From a virus (Duplodnaviria; Caudoviricetes), in the IMG/VR virus record IMGVR_UViG_3300048623_000062, positions 1 to 64,000 of that record: a stretch of 64,000 nucleotides of DNA; one strand, 5' to 3'. The notes beneath the pieces were generated by a model that was given only the letters and a program-made list of their open reading frames with translations, made no database searches and was not told where the DNA came from. Positions 1-8,825 of this stretch are shown here, piece after piece. The first letter of the stretch is position 1. Each line of letters starts with the position of its first letter. The translations under genes and the position numbers were made by a program.

Positions 1-126
1 CTTGCAAGCGCGCTCGTACTCGGCATCGTCTTCTTCGGTGACGCCTTGGTGCCAAGGATGGTCGTGCCCCATGCCGCACATGCAGCCGTTGCCGGCTGAT
101 CGAAAGTAGTGGCGAATGATCCGCAT
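1..126 (-). CDS. Partial hypothetical protein (runs off left edge), MRIIRHYFRSAGNGCMCG...
   Basis: ATG at 126 directly after stop of upstream gene; open to position 1. Confidence 0.4.
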   Translation of the reverse strand, partial: MRIIRHYFRSAGNGCMCGMGHDHPWHQGVTEEDDAEYERACK

Positions 127-127
127 G

Positions 128-325
128 TCACCAGTCTCCATAGAAGCGCACCGTGCGGGTTCCGCCCGGCGCTCGAACGCACTCGCCGGGCGAGGTGCGC
201 TGCTCGAGAATGAGGTTGGGGACGTTGGGTGACGTCCCGGTGGACTTCGTGAGCGTGGAGGTCGCGACGACCACCAGCGCGCTCACCAGCATTCCGAAGA
301 GGAACGCGACGACGGGGTCTTTCAC
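128..325 (-). CDS. Small membrane protein
   Basis: GTG start overlapping upstream TGA; hydrophobic stretch VVAFLFGMLVSALVVVA. Confidence 0.55.
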   Translation of the reverse strand: MKDPVVAFLFGMLVSALVVVATSTLTKSTGTSPNVPNLILEQRTSPGECVRAPGGTRTVRFYGDW

Positions 326-582
326 GTCCACCCCCTGCGCTGCTTGGCGGCCCGGCGTCGCGAGCGAATGGTCTGGCGACGCGTTGGCTCGCCTGCGTTC
401 CATGGCCTATCGAGCAGGTAGATCAACTGACCATGGCTATCGCCGTACAGTCTCGCGACTACATCTCGACCGCAGTTGCCGCAGCGGAATTCGGTTCCGT
501 CGAAGCACTCACCTGCGTCGGATGGCCCACGACAGTACGGGCATCGCGAATCGAAGGGCACGAGTTCGTCATCATCGCTCAT
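322..582 (-). CDS. Zn-ribbon hypothetical protein
   Basis: CPYC...CGNC motifs; start overlaps upstream stop. Confidence 0.6.
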   Translation of the reverse strand: MSDDDELVPFDSRCPYCRGPSDAGECFDGTEFRCGNCGRDVVARLYGDSHGQLIYLLDRPWNAGEPTRRQTIRSRRRAAKQRRGWT

Positions 583-947
583 CGGGTCACCTTGGCGAGC
601 GCGGCAAGGAGATCTCGCTCGGCGTTAACCACGCGAACCGCTGACGCGCTTGAGGAGGATGACGTCCACTCGTCGGCCGCCTTCAAGCACTCGTTGCATG
701 CAGCCTCCCATGCCTTCCCAGCTTCAAGGATCGCGAGTAGCACCGGCGCGGCGTTGACCAAGGCGACGATGACAGCCGCGTCGGAGGGGTAGAGGTCGTC
801 GGCCACGTCAAACACGATGTCATCGTCAAATACATTGACAATGCCGGTGCCGTCCTCCGACTCTCGGGTCTTCCATGTGCCCAGCACTATCTCCGCGAGG
901 AGTCGCTTGAGGTCGGTGATGTTGATGGGTTCGCTTGCCACTGTCAT
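579..947 (-). CDS. Ead/Ea22-like phage protein
   Basis: W...DAAVIVALVNAAPVLL motif resembles this phage family (recognition only). Confidence 0.5.
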   Translation of the reverse strand: MTVASEPINITDLKRLLAEIVLGTWKTRESEDGTGIVNVFDDDIVFDVADDLYPSDAAVIVALVNAAPVLLAILEAGKAWEAACNECLKAADEWTSSSSSASAVRVVNAERDLLAALAKVTR

Positions 948-1168
948 GCTCCTTGGGATGGTGCCTTCCTATGCCATCCACCGCCGGGACCCTTGGCGAA
1001 GAACGCTTTCCCAGCCTTGCGCAGCCGCTGCAGTGACCGGTCGATCTTCCTTCGGTCCGGCGTGAGGTGGCCGAGTCTGTGTCGCAGCCCGATGTAGACG
1101 TCGTTGAACCGCAGCGGCTGCTCGTACGACTGGGATAGGACGAAGGCATCGATCTCGGCGGACGTCAC
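944..1168 (-). CDS. Small winged-helix-like hypothetical protein
   Basis: GTG start at 1168; IDRSLQRLRKAGKAFF...GGW wing-like end. Confidence 0.5.
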   Translation of the reverse strand: MTSAEIDAFVLSQSYEQPLRFNDVYIGLRHRLGHLTPDRRKIDRSLQRLRKAGKAFFAKGPGGGWHRKAPSQGA

Positions 1169-1410
1169 TCGAGCGCCTCCTGGGCCGCGGTGCGCACGGC
1201 CGGGTGTTCGTCGCCGTAGGCGATCCGCTTGATGACCTCGCGGACCATGAAGTGGTCGAGGTGCGGCGCCAAGCCATACACCACGCCCTCGCGGACCACC
1301 GGCGCGGGATGGTTGGCGAGCACGCGGAGCCAGCGCAACGGCGGCGGCTTGCGCTTGCCGAGCCGCTCCGCGATGAAAGTGAGGACCTCGGGCGGAAGTT
1401 TGCGGTTCAT
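1165..1410 (-). CDS. Small helical (HEAT-like) hypothetical protein
   Basis: HPAPVVREGVV...HPAVRTAAQEAL repeats. Confidence 0.5.
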   Translation of the reverse strand: MNRKLPPEVLTFIAERLGKRKPPPLRWLRVLANHPAPVVREGVVYGLAPHLDHFMVREVIKRIAYGDEHPAVRTAAQEALE

Positions 1411-1820
1411 GGCTTGAGCGGCTCCGGTTCCGCGAGGACAGCATCGACTAGAGCCTCTTCCAGTCGGGCGACTTTCACGATGGCATCGCAGTAACTTCTG
1501 CGGTCGTGCTGCGTCGCCCAGTTCAGGTCGGCTAGCGCCGCGCGCGCCGCAATCACATCGCGCTTTAGCTGCTTGATCTCGGTCATGGTGCCTCCCTGAA
1601 CGCGTTGTCGACCAGCGAGCCGCGCTTCGGCGATCTCGTCGCGAGCTCGACTCTCATCGGCGGATGCGCGATGGAGGTGCGCCTGGGCCTGGTCCCATGC
1701 CTGCGAGGCAACAGCTCTGCGCGTCGTGGTGCTGGCGAGGTCGGCATGGGCCGCATCGAGCCGCTTGATGGCTTGCTTGACCTCGTCGAGTGCCACGTCC
1801 TCTGCGTTGTCCCTGTTCAT
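1407..1820 (-). CDS. Coiled-coil hypothetical protein (possible internal start at 1586)
   Basis: ORF track; GGAGG RBS before internal ATG. Confidence 0.55.
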   Translation of the reverse strand: MNRDNAEDVALDEVKQAIKRLDAAHADLASTTTRRAVASQAWDQAQAHLHRASADESRARDEIAEARLAGRQRVQGGTMTEIKQLKRDVIAARAALADLNWATQHDRRSYCDAIVKVARLEEALVDAVLAEPEPLKP

Positions 1821-1878
1821 GTCTCGTAACTCCTTGAAATCACATGGGTTCCATAGAACGAAGATACTAAATAACTAT

Positions 1879-2400
1879 TTAGTATACGCGCGGCGCGAGG
1901 CTGAGCAAGGTCTGCGCGCCGATGGGCTGCACCGACGGCGGAATGCCATCGGGGGCAATGTGGAGCGCGACGGGCTTCGATGCGCAGCACGCCGCCGATC
2001 CGCTGCGATGGAAGCCGGCCCTGAGGAAGCAGCGCCCTGGATCGCGCTTGCGCTTCGTCTTGTCGCGATCGACGAAGGTGATCATGCCCTCGGGCGGCGG
2101 TTCCCAGTAGAACCGCGTCGCCGCGAGCGCCTCGATGATGAGCGCGGATGACAGGTGGAGGTCGGGGCGCTCGTTTCTGAACGCCGAGCACACCCACGCG
2201 CCGCGCCACGCGTGCTTGACGTACTCGGCGAACGGCCACGACGTGATCCACAGAGCTGCTGCATCGATGACGAGCACGACGCATCGACCAGGCGGCACGA
2301 ACTGGTCGGCGCCGACCTTCTGCCTGTTGTAGTGGTTATCGGCGATCCGCCGAGCTACGGGGTCAGCCCGCCAGGATTCGCGCCAATGCATAGCCGTCAT
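1879..2400 (-). CDS. Putative Mom-like/GNAT-fold DNA-modification protein
   Basis: HYNR, FRNE..LSSALIIEA, ITFVD..K..PG.CFLRAG pattern recalled from Mom-like phage proteins; not searched. Confidence 0.45.
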   Translation of the reverse strand: MTAMHWRESWRADPVARRIADNHYNRQKVGADQFVPPGRCVVLVIDAAALWITSWPFAEYVKHAWRGAWVCSAFRNERPDLHLSSALIIEALAATRFYWEPPPEGMITFVDRDKTKRKRDPGRCFLRAGFHRSGSAACCASKPVALHIAPDGIPPSVQPIGAQTLLSLAPRVY

Positions 2401-2665
2401 GTCTCGATGCCGAAGCTATCGAGCAAGCTCGCCGGTGCGGAAGTAGTGCGCCTCCAGGAGGCTGATGTCGGCGTACTTCACCTCGCACCACGTCGTCGAT
2501 GATTCGAAGACGCGGACCGCGAACGACAAAATGCGCGGCCCAGCCGATGCGAGATAGGATCCAGCCAGCGAGGTTCTCGGTCGTGGGAACATCGAGCCCG
2601 GGTGCTTCATGGCGAGAAGCCCGACCTCGATGCCGGTCTGGTTTGACACCATCACGATCACGAGG

Positions 2666-3271
2666 TCAGCATGAACACGCGAAGTACGATGGATGATTCG
2701 AGAGTTTGATGCCGAGGACGATCTCCGCATGCATCCAGAAATCATCCGGCGGGTAAAAGCTGTGGCTTGACCCCGACGATAGACCCCAGCAGCCCAAATC
2801 GTGCACGCCGCCCACGTCGAGCTCGCCGATCACCTGCTTGATCTCCCCCATGATGTAGTCGTAGTCGAACCCAGCGACCTCGATGTGCTCACGAAGCCAC
2901 CGCTCGGACTCCGCCTTGCGTTCGCCGGCTACCTTGTCGAGCGCGACCTGAACCTCATCGGGGAACGCTGGGTGTGTCCACACGTGACGGAGGCTGTGCA
3001 CCATCCGGGGGTACATCACGAACCAGAACCGCTCGCCTTTCTTGATCGGTACGGTGAGGAACGGGTCGACGATGCCGAGCGCCTCCGGATCACCAGGTCG
3101 GCAATAGAATGCCGCTCCATCGCGCACAGTGATGTGGTTGCCACCGAGGAGTCCATCCTCTCCTGCGACGACAGGCTCCACGGCAAGGTGGATGGCGTCG
3201 CGCTTCTGCTTGTCGTCGATCAGCGTGCCCAGGGTGTCGAGTGCGTCAGTGGAAACGGATCTCTTCGTCAT
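2666..3271 (-). CDS. Conserved phage hypothetical protein
   Basis: RDAIHLAVEPV...GIVDPFL...SLRHVWTHP motifs typical of a widespread phage family. Confidence 0.7.
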   Translation of the reverse strand: MTKRSVSTDALDTLGTLIDDKQKRDAIHLAVEPVVAGEDGLLGGNHITVRDGAAFYCRPGDPEALGIVDPFLTVPIKKGERFWFVMYPRMVHSLRHVWTHPAFPDEVQVALDKVAGERKAESERWLREHIEVAGFDYDYIMGEIKQVIGELDVGGVHDLGCWGLSSGSSHSFYPPDDFWMHAEIVLGIKLSNHPSYFACSC

Positions 3272-3456
3272 TGGATTAGTACCGCCTTCGGTGTGTCGTT
3301 ATCGCGGAGCCAGATCAATCTCGGATAGCACTTCGTGCATGCGCCGTGCGCGGCCATCCCGCCGCTCCAGATGACCAACTGGTCATGCACGCACTCCGGG
3401 TGCATGCGGCGTCGGTACCACCACTTCCGAATGCTGTTGAACCAGGGGTTGGTCAT
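3268..3456 (-). CDS. Small Cys/His hypothetical protein
   Basis: ORF coupled to neighbours; C..H...C..C. Confidence 0.5.
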   Translation of the reverse strand: MTNPWFNSIRKWWYRRRMHPECVHDQLVIWSGGMAAHGACTKCYPRLIWLRDNDTPKAVLIQ

Positions 3457-3755
3457 GGCTCCGTGCCGAAGTCGGTGAGGTCATCGCTGGGAACCACGTG
3501 CACCTCGTCGTGAGTCACGTCGGCGACGAATAGCCGCGTCGGACCCCGCTCGGATCCCTTGGTGTTAGATACCGTCTCGATGAGCAGGTGGAACGACATT
3601 GGGCCACGGCCCACGTATTCGCCTTCGCCTTGAGCGATGGAGACTGCGCGCACGATGCCGCTGCAGTCCTCCCAGGAGCCGTCGAGCGGCGCCGTGCCCC
3701 GGGTGTACTTGCGTACCGTGACGCGCTTGCCGAGCAGGTCTGTGGTGACGCTCAT
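3453..3755 (-). CDS. Hypothetical protein (SH3-like beta barrel?)
   Basis: LLGKRVTV...GIVRAV pattern; coupled start/stop. Confidence 0.55.
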   Translation of the reverse strand: MSVTTDLLGKRVTVRKYTRGTAPLDGSWEDCSGIVRAVSIAQGEGEYVGRGPMSFHLLIETVSNTKGSERGPTRLFVADVTHDEVHVVPSDDLTDFGTEP

Positions 3756-3759
3756 GAGT

Positions 3760-4119
3760 TCACTTTCTCGGGGTGATGTCGTGGTCGCCTTCGTGGTCTG
3801 GTTGCTTCGTGCATCGGCTCGACGAGCCGCACGTGCAACTGACGTACTCGTGGCACTGATCCATGAAGTTGCCGTATTCGGAGTACGGGACGATCCGATG
3901 ACCGGCGTGTTTTGCGAACCAGTCGATGCTGATCCCGCCGTAGCAGCCAGAGAGGTGGAAGTTCAGCGTGGTGCCAAGATCGTCAGATAGTGGTTTCAGC
4001 GCGACGATCTGAGCAGCGTGCTTGCATAGGATGGCCATCTCCCTGGACATGTGGTTGGCATCGCTGAATCCGTGTGTCTCACTGCAGTCCATACAGCGGA
4101 TACTCCAGTCCTCGCTCAT
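3760..4119 (-). CDS. Cys/His-rich hypothetical protein
   Basis: ATG at 4119 overlaps upstream TGA; CMDC and C-terminal CTC...C..HEGDH. Confidence 0.6.
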   Translation of the reverse strand: MSEDWSIRCMDCSETHGFSDANHMSREMAILCKHAAQIVALKPLSDDLGTTLNFHLSGCYGGISIDWFAKHAGHRIVPYSEYGNFMDQCHEYVSCTCGSSSRCTKQPDHEGDHDITPRK

Positions 4120-4277
4120 GACTCGCCTCCGATGTCGACCCATTGCGGAACGCGGTCTCGCTCCCATTCGTAGTGGTTGCTCCACATGGCCGCTCTGGCC
4201 AACGGGCACTCTGTATCCGGGATCGATCCCGTGATGGCCCAGTACAACAGCACGATCGCGGTGTCGGCGTCGCTCAC
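4116..4277 (-). CDS. Small hypothetical protein
   Basis: GTG start overlapping upstream stop. Confidence 0.4.
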   Translation of the reverse strand: MSDADTAIVLLYWAITGSIPDTECPLARAAMWSNHYEWERDRVPQWVDIGGES

Positions 4278-4801
4278 CACATCCTCCAGTGCAGCAGAAT
4301 CCACGCCAGCCACTCGAGGCCACCGGATGCAACGAACGACCCCGCGGCCACGGCGGCGACCACCGTGTTGCAGGCGACGCGGAACCGCTGGCTCTCCGGT
4401 GGGATGACCGAGCAGGTGAGCGCTGGGCGGCGGTTGTCGCTGGCCCAGAACACCTCGAGCGCCCAACTCGAGGCTTGCTCCATCGCCATCCCGGCGTTCA
4501 GGCCGACGCTCACGTACCGGCTGAGCTCGGCATGCTCCGAGGTGTCGTTCACCTTGTACGCGGCGAGCGCGCGCGTCGCGGTGACAAGCGGTGACGAGCA
4601 AACGGCGAGGGTGACCTCCGACTGCCTGTCAGCGTCGCGAACGCGGTCCTCGTCGTTCCAGTCGAACTCCATCCCGTCGTCGCCATCCGCGAGGCGATAT
4701 CTTGCCAGTGGCAAGTCCTCGCAATACGCCTCCTCCAGTGTGATCTTGCCGTCGAGGTAGGCGTCCCAGCGCTCCAAGCGTTCTCCGAGGATGTCGCGCA
4801 T
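4274..4801 (-). CDS. Hypothetical protein with C-terminal hydrophobic segment
   Basis: ATG overlaps TGA of DUF1643 gene; the longer 446-aa call is an off-frame extension. Confidence 0.55.
   Translation of the reverse strand: MRDILGERLERWDAYLDGKITLEEAYCEDLPLARYRLADGDDGMEFDWNDEDRVRDADRQSEVTLAVCSSPLVTATRALAAYKVNDTSEHAELSRYVSVGLNAGMAMEQASSWALEVFWASDNRRPALTCSVIPPESQRFRVACNTVVAAVAAGSFVASGGLEWLAWILLHWRMW
4702..4714. repeat. Dispersed palindrome TTGCCASTGGCAA copy
   Basis: cTTGCCAGTGGCAAg read directly; inside CDS (LPLA frame). Confidence 0.9.
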
Positions 4802-5382
4802 CAGATCCTCCATTCGGTGGGTTCGGTGTCCGCCTTCAGGTATAGCGGGTGTTTGGGGTGCCCGTCCTTGGTCAACCCCAGATGATGGAGCCTGATGCCG
4901 TGGTCGGCCAGGAACGTGCGGACCTGGCGCCCGCGACCGCGGTAATCGCCGTGGGTGCCCCAGCCGGCAACAACGATGGTGGCGTGACGGCACGCCGACA
5001 GGATGTGCTGGAGGTTCTCCTCGTGGTTCCGATCGCTGTCGGTCCAGGAGTAGAGCGCCTTCGGATCGGTGGAGCGGAGCGGCTCGATGTTGACCGCCTC
5101 GTACAACTGGCAATTCCACCGGCGGGCGAACGCCATGCCTCGCGTGACGGTCGGGTCCGGGCGGAACGCGTCGGCCTTGCTCGGGTTGAGCATGCAGAAC
5201 ACGGCGCTCCTGAACCCGACCCCCTGGAACCTGCCTCCCATCGTGTAGTCGTGCACAACCACAGACCCGTCGGCTACAAGCAGGCTCGACGGCGTCAGCG
5301 AGCGCGCGAGCCGGAACCGCATGGTGCGGCAGTCGCTGAAGCGCGCCCATCCAGTGAGGTCGGAGTTGAACTCGTCGATCAT
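4801..5382 (-). CDS. DUF1643-family protein
   Basis: MLNPSKAD...DPT, NIEPLRSTDP, VAGWG, LTKDGHPKHPLY signature motifs. Confidence 0.85.
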   Translation of the reverse strand: MIDEFNSDLTGWARFSDCRTMRFRLARSLTPSSLLVADGSVVVHDYTMGGRFQGVGFRSAVFCMLNPSKADAFRPDPTVTRGMAFARRWNCQLYEAVNIEPLRSTDPKALYSWTDSDRNHEENLQHILSACRHATIVVAGWGTHGDYRGRGRQVRTFLADHGIRLHHLGLTKDGHPKHPLYLKADTEPTEWRI

Positions 5383-5399
5383 CGTGTGCTCCGTGGGGT

Positions 5400-5585
5400 T
5401 CAGTTGCCGGATCCGGCAGCCGCGTACGCCTCGGAGAACGCCTTACGAATGGCGTCCTCGGCGTGCTGCCGACGCTTATGGAACGCCGCGTAGAAGCGCA
5501 TCCCGCCGACCTCGCCGATGAGAATGCATCGGCCCGGGAACCTGACGTCGTCGACGGTCGTGAAGGTGATCGTGTAGTCGGCCAT
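5400..5585 (-). CDS. Small hypothetical protein
   Basis: ORF track, operon context. Confidence 0.5.
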   Translation of the reverse strand: MADYTITFTTVDDVRFPGRCILIGEVGGMRFYAAFHKRRQHAEDAIRKAFSEAYAAAGSGN

Positions 5586-5588
5586 GGA

Positions 5589-5945
5589 TCAATTCCCCAC
5601 GACGTCGAGACCACCGGCGGGTAGATCCTTGCAACCGCGCCGGTGGTAGTGCGCGATCGCCACCGCGACGGTGACGCACTGCTTGGTGCGGCGAGCCATG
5701 CGGGTGGCCGCCTCGTCGATCTCGGTTTCCGTCCCGCTCACCCACTGGCGCTCCTCGCCGCAGAGCAGGATGCGGTTGTGCTTGATGTTGTCGACGGAAT
5801 CCAGCAGCGGTTTCCTGTCGGCCACTCGAATCGCAACGTCAACTGAACGGCCGATCGCATCGACGACATCAGACAGAACCTTCAGCGCCACAGCGCCAAG
5901 CAACCATGCTCGCAGCGTCAACATCACAGACTCCTTTCGAAACAC
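5589..5945 (-). CDS. Hypothetical protein, possible N-terminal membrane anchor
   Basis: AAAGGAG RBS upstream; AWLLGAVALKVL. Confidence 0.55.
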   Translation of the reverse strand: MFRKESVMLTLRAWLLGAVALKVLSDVVDAIGRSVDVAIRVADRKPLLDSVDNIKHNRILLCGEERQWVSGTETEIDEAATRMARRTKQCVTVAVAIAHYHRRGCKDLPAGGLDVVGN

Positions 5946-6186
5946 CCGCCTTGTCCCGTCTCGGGGTCGGGCTCGTATCGTTTACCACCCACGTCTCGGC
6001 AAGCAAACTAACCCCACGTCTCGGATAAGAACGCTCGAGACTCGTCGTCGGAAACAGGGCTCCGAGCCACCCTTGAGTTGCCGGTCTTTCCCGGCTGTCA
6101 GCACGCGCTACGTGGCGTTTGCAAACTCACGATGGTTACCTCTGCATTATTAGGCCGCTACAGCAACCAAAAAGCCGCCCAGCCTG

Positions 6187-6278
6187 TGCCGCGTGGTGGA
6201 ATCGAACCACCTCCTCCGAGTCCTCGCGCAGTGATGCTGACGTTGCCGTCGGACTAACAAACTGCAGGCGGGACCGGC
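6187..6278 (-). ncRNA. tRNA-like structured RNA candidate (non-canonical)
   Basis: Perfect T-arm GGTGG-TTCGATT-CCACC (6195-6211) and GACG-GCAA-CGTC hairpin; acceptor and anticodon arms do not fold canonically. Confidence 0.35.
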
Positions 6279-6292
6279 GAGCTTCCGTTGTT

Positions 6293-7057
6293 CTATCGCG
6301 GCGGAGAGTTCCAGGTCATGCCGTTCCTGATGTCGTCCTCCCTGGCCAGGACGCTGGACTCTGCGAGTTTGGGGATGTGGACGGCAAGGTCCACGTCCAT
6401 CGTGTAGTCGTCGATATCGAAGTAGAGCCCGCTCCGGCGCAGGCGATCCACGCGCTCGGCCAGCGACCCCTTGCGCCAGCCGAGAATCCACCGACGCATC
6501 TGCCCCGGCTGGTACTCATCTTCGAACGGCGGGTGACGCAGGAGTGCGTCGCCCAGGTCGCGGAGCATCTGGTCCTCGAATTTGCGCTTCCAGGCCACGC
6601 CCCAGAGTTCGCCGCCGCTCTCGGAGAGGTTGGAGGTCCCGACGAACCCGTGCTCTCTGGAGGCCAGCAGGAGCGCGTTCAGGGCCGCCCAGGAGTAGCA
6701 GACGTCCCCCAGGAGCACGATGGTCCGGTCCTCGGGGTTCTGAGGTTCAGTGCTGTCCCGCTGCGCGAGATAGCGGGCGATCCCCTTCAGGGAGGAGTTG
6801 CCGGGATCGGCGAGCTCGACGTGATTCGCGCTGTCCTGCGCGTCCGCGAACCGCATCACCAGTTGGACCCATACATCCTTCCAGGTGACCACGGTGATGT
6901 CGATGTCGTGACTGGCAGCCAGGGTTCCGAGTTGCCGCAGCGTGCGTACGAGGATAGGGGCGCCGACGCACGCGGCCAGCGACAGCAGTTGCTTGGGGCC
7001 ACACGCGTTCCCGAGTCGCTTCTGTGTGCCCTGGGCGAGGATGACGATGTTGATCAT
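6293..7057 (-). CDS. Sugar/phosphate nucleotidyltransferase-like (GT-A fold)
   Basis: VILAQG.QKRL...PKQLL N-terminal signature, LLGDV, C-terminal DIDD..DVD. Confidence 0.75.
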   Translation of the reverse strand: MINIVILAQGTQKRLGNACGPKQLLSLAACVGAPILVRTLRQLGTLAASHDIDITVVTWKDVWVQLVMRFADAQDSANHVELADPGNSSLKGIARYLAQRDSTEPQNPEDRTIVLLGDVCYSWAALNALLLASREHGFVGTSNLSESGGELWGVAWKRKFEDQMLRDLGDALLRHPPFEDEYQPGQMRRWILGWRKGSLAERVDRLRRSGLYFDIDDYTMDVDLAVHIPKLAESSVLAREDDIRNGMTWNSPPR

Positions 7058-7302
7058 TTGCCCACCGTGAACGCCTGGGCGATGCGCCCGGCGATGTTGT
7101 CGTACGGCACCGAGATCGTGCCAGTGAACCGAACGGTCTTGGCATGGAGGTACAGCGTGTGCGGGTGAAGGGATTGCTCGGTCCCGGTGTGCTCACCGAG
7201 CGTCGCATCGATCGCGTACACCATGGTGCTCACGCCGCTCAGTTTCACCCGAACTGGGTACTTGAACGTGACGTGATACTGCGTCTTGTCCTCGGTCACC
7301 AC
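7054..7302 (-). CDS. Hypothetical protein
   Basis: ORF track, coupled to neighbours. Confidence 0.5.
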   Translation of the reverse strand: MVTEDKTQYHVTFKYPVRVKLSGVSTMVYAIDATLGEHTGTEQSLHPHTLYLHAKTVRFTGTISVPYDNIAGRIAQAFTVGK

Positions 7303-7595
7303 GACAACTCCTTGCTGATGCCGATCACGCCGCCGTTGTTCATGAAGCTGCGAATGCGCAGCATCTCCTCGGTGCCGTCGTAGAATCCGGGGCCTCCGAA
7401 GATAGCGACGATCTTCGTGTCGACGATGAGGCTGCCCGACAATATCTGGCGCCTGATCACGAGAATGTCTTCGCCGCCTTTTGCCTTGAACTCCACTCCT
7501 CGGATGCGGAGGTCGAGCGGCCCGCTTGCCAGGTCGACCGTGTAGTGAATCTCGGCCTCGACGGACCGTCCGGTGTTCGCCGCCACGCTACTCAT
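7296..7595 (-). CDS. Hypothetical beta-rich protein
   Basis: GGGAGG RBS before ATG at 7595. Confidence 0.55.
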   Translation of the reverse strand: MSSVAANTGRSVEAEIHYTVDLASGPLDLRIRGVEFKAKGGEDILVIRRQILSGSLIVDTKIVAIFGGPGFYDGTEEMLRIRSFMNNGGVIGISKELSW

Positions 7596-7899
7596 CCTCC
7601 CACGGCTCGCCCTCGGCCGGGTCGATGTCGACGATGCTCTTTTCCGCGTCCTCGAGTGCGCGCGTGGCGCCGCCGAACGACTCGAGCGCCTCCTGGAGAA
7701 GTTCGGCGCGCTTCTCCCCGTCCCGGTCCTCGTCCGGCGACAGGAACAACCCCATGAGGTCGTGGAGCGCGGCCTCGGCGTCCTTGGCGAGCGTCTGCGC
7801 CGCCGCGACACGTGCCATCACGTAGTCGCGCACAGTGGCATCCTCGTTGGGCGGTTGTTGGATGACCGGCTGGCGTTCCGGTCGGCGTCTCGGGGGCAT
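7588..7899 (-). CDS. Acidic helical hypothetical protein
   Basis: ORF track, plausible composition. Confidence 0.55.
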   Translation of the reverse strand: MPPRRRPERQPVIQQPPNEDATVRDYVMARVAAAQTLAKDAEAALHDLMGLFLSPDEDRDGEKRAELLQEALESFGGATRALEDAEKSIVDIDPAEGEPWEDE

Positions 7900-7986
7900 C
7901 TCAGACCTCAGATAGTGGTGGTTCGCAATCGTGACGTCGCCGGGGTCAACGCGACGGTCGGGGCTGTCAGGTCGCCGCGATGACCT

Positions 7987-8355
7987 CTAGCCGTCGCCGT
8001 AGCCGTCGCCGTCGCCGTCGCCGGAGCCGGAGCCGTCGCCGTAGCCGTAGCCGGAGCCGGAGCCGTAGCCGGAGCCGTCGCCGTAGCCGTAGCCGGAGCC
8101 GTAGCCGGAGCCGTCGCCGTCGCCGTAGCCGGAGCCGGAGCCGTAGCCGTCGCCGTCGCCGGAGCCGGAGCCGTAGCCGGAGCCGGAGCCGGAGCCGTAG
8201 CCGGAGCCGTAGCCGTAGCCGGAGCCGTCGCCGTAGCCGTAGCCGGAGCCGTAGCCGGAGCCGTCGCCGTAGCCGGAGCCGTCGCCGTCGCCGTAGCCGG
8301 AGCCGTAGCCGTCGCCGTCGCCGGAGCCGGAGCCGTAGCCGGACTCAGCCTTCAC
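7987..8355 (-). CDS. Gly-Tyr-Ser-Asp low-complexity repeat protein (GYGSGSGDG)
   Basis: GTG at 8355 overlapping upstream gene end; hexanucleotide-type repeats 7990-8340. Confidence 0.65.
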   Translation of the reverse strand: MKAESGYGSGSGDGDGYGSGYGDGDGSGYGDGSGYGSGYGYGDGSGYGYGSGYGSGSGSGYGSGSGDGDGYGSGSGYGDGDGSGYGSGYGYGDGSGYGSGSGYGYGDGSGSGDGDGDGYGDG

Positions 8356-8653
8356 TGGTCTCGATCTTCGAGAAGTTCGAGATCGCCTCTGGGGTGCAGT
8401 CCAGAACGTTGACAATGCCGGTGAGTAGTACGCTCGGCGCCGCAGCTCCGACACGAGAATTCTTCGCATTCGGACCACATGGACCATACGCGGCCAACGA
8501 CGTGATGCCGCCAGTACGTCCGTACCATTTTGCGATGTGCTGGCAGTTCAGCATCCGAACGCTCTTGGTTGCGACGATCTCATTGTCGTCAGCTTCGATC
8601 TGGCCGAAGTAGAGGCCGTAATTCTGGTTACCAACAATCACATACCGCTTCAT
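8345..8653 (-). CDS. Phage hypothetical protein usually found next to GDGYG-repeat ORFs (in-frame extension to 8818 possible)
   Basis: MKRYVIV...GLYFG...VNVLDCTPEAI; AAGGA RBS before ATG at 8653. Confidence 0.6.
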   Translation of the reverse strand: MKRYVIVGNQNYGLYFGQIEADDNEIVATKSVRMLNCQHIAKWYGRTGGITSLAAYGPCGPNAKNSRVGAAAPSVLLTGIVNVLDCTPEAISNFSKIETSEG

Positions 8654-8825
8654 TGGATTCCTTCCGCCACCTGTGGTGGCCACTCTATTCCGGATCGCTT
8701 CCCGATGAGCGTCGAGTTCATCACGGAGCGCATCGCGGTCCGCCTTGATGCGCTCGAGTTCGTCGCGATGGCGCTCCTCGAGCACATCGATGGTTGCGCG
8801 TCTCAAGATCTCAGACATCGGTGAA

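Noticed and set aside
2416-2745. ORF between Mom-like gene and 2666-3271
   Set aside because: Start overlaps upstream gene, and no convincing RBS or motif; left uncalled
6187-6278. Canonical tRNA gene
   Set aside because: Acceptor stem pairs only with a bulge, and no 7-nt anticodon loop at the right spacing; downgraded to tRNA-like candidate
7990-8340. Possible CRISPR array
   Set aside because: Short coding microsatellite-like repeats without unique spacers; no cas genes or repeat-spacer arrays seen anywhere
7980-8612. Plus-strand RS-repeat ORF resembling an SR protein
   Set aside because: Antisense shadow of the GYGSG repeat gene; against the strand of the whole block
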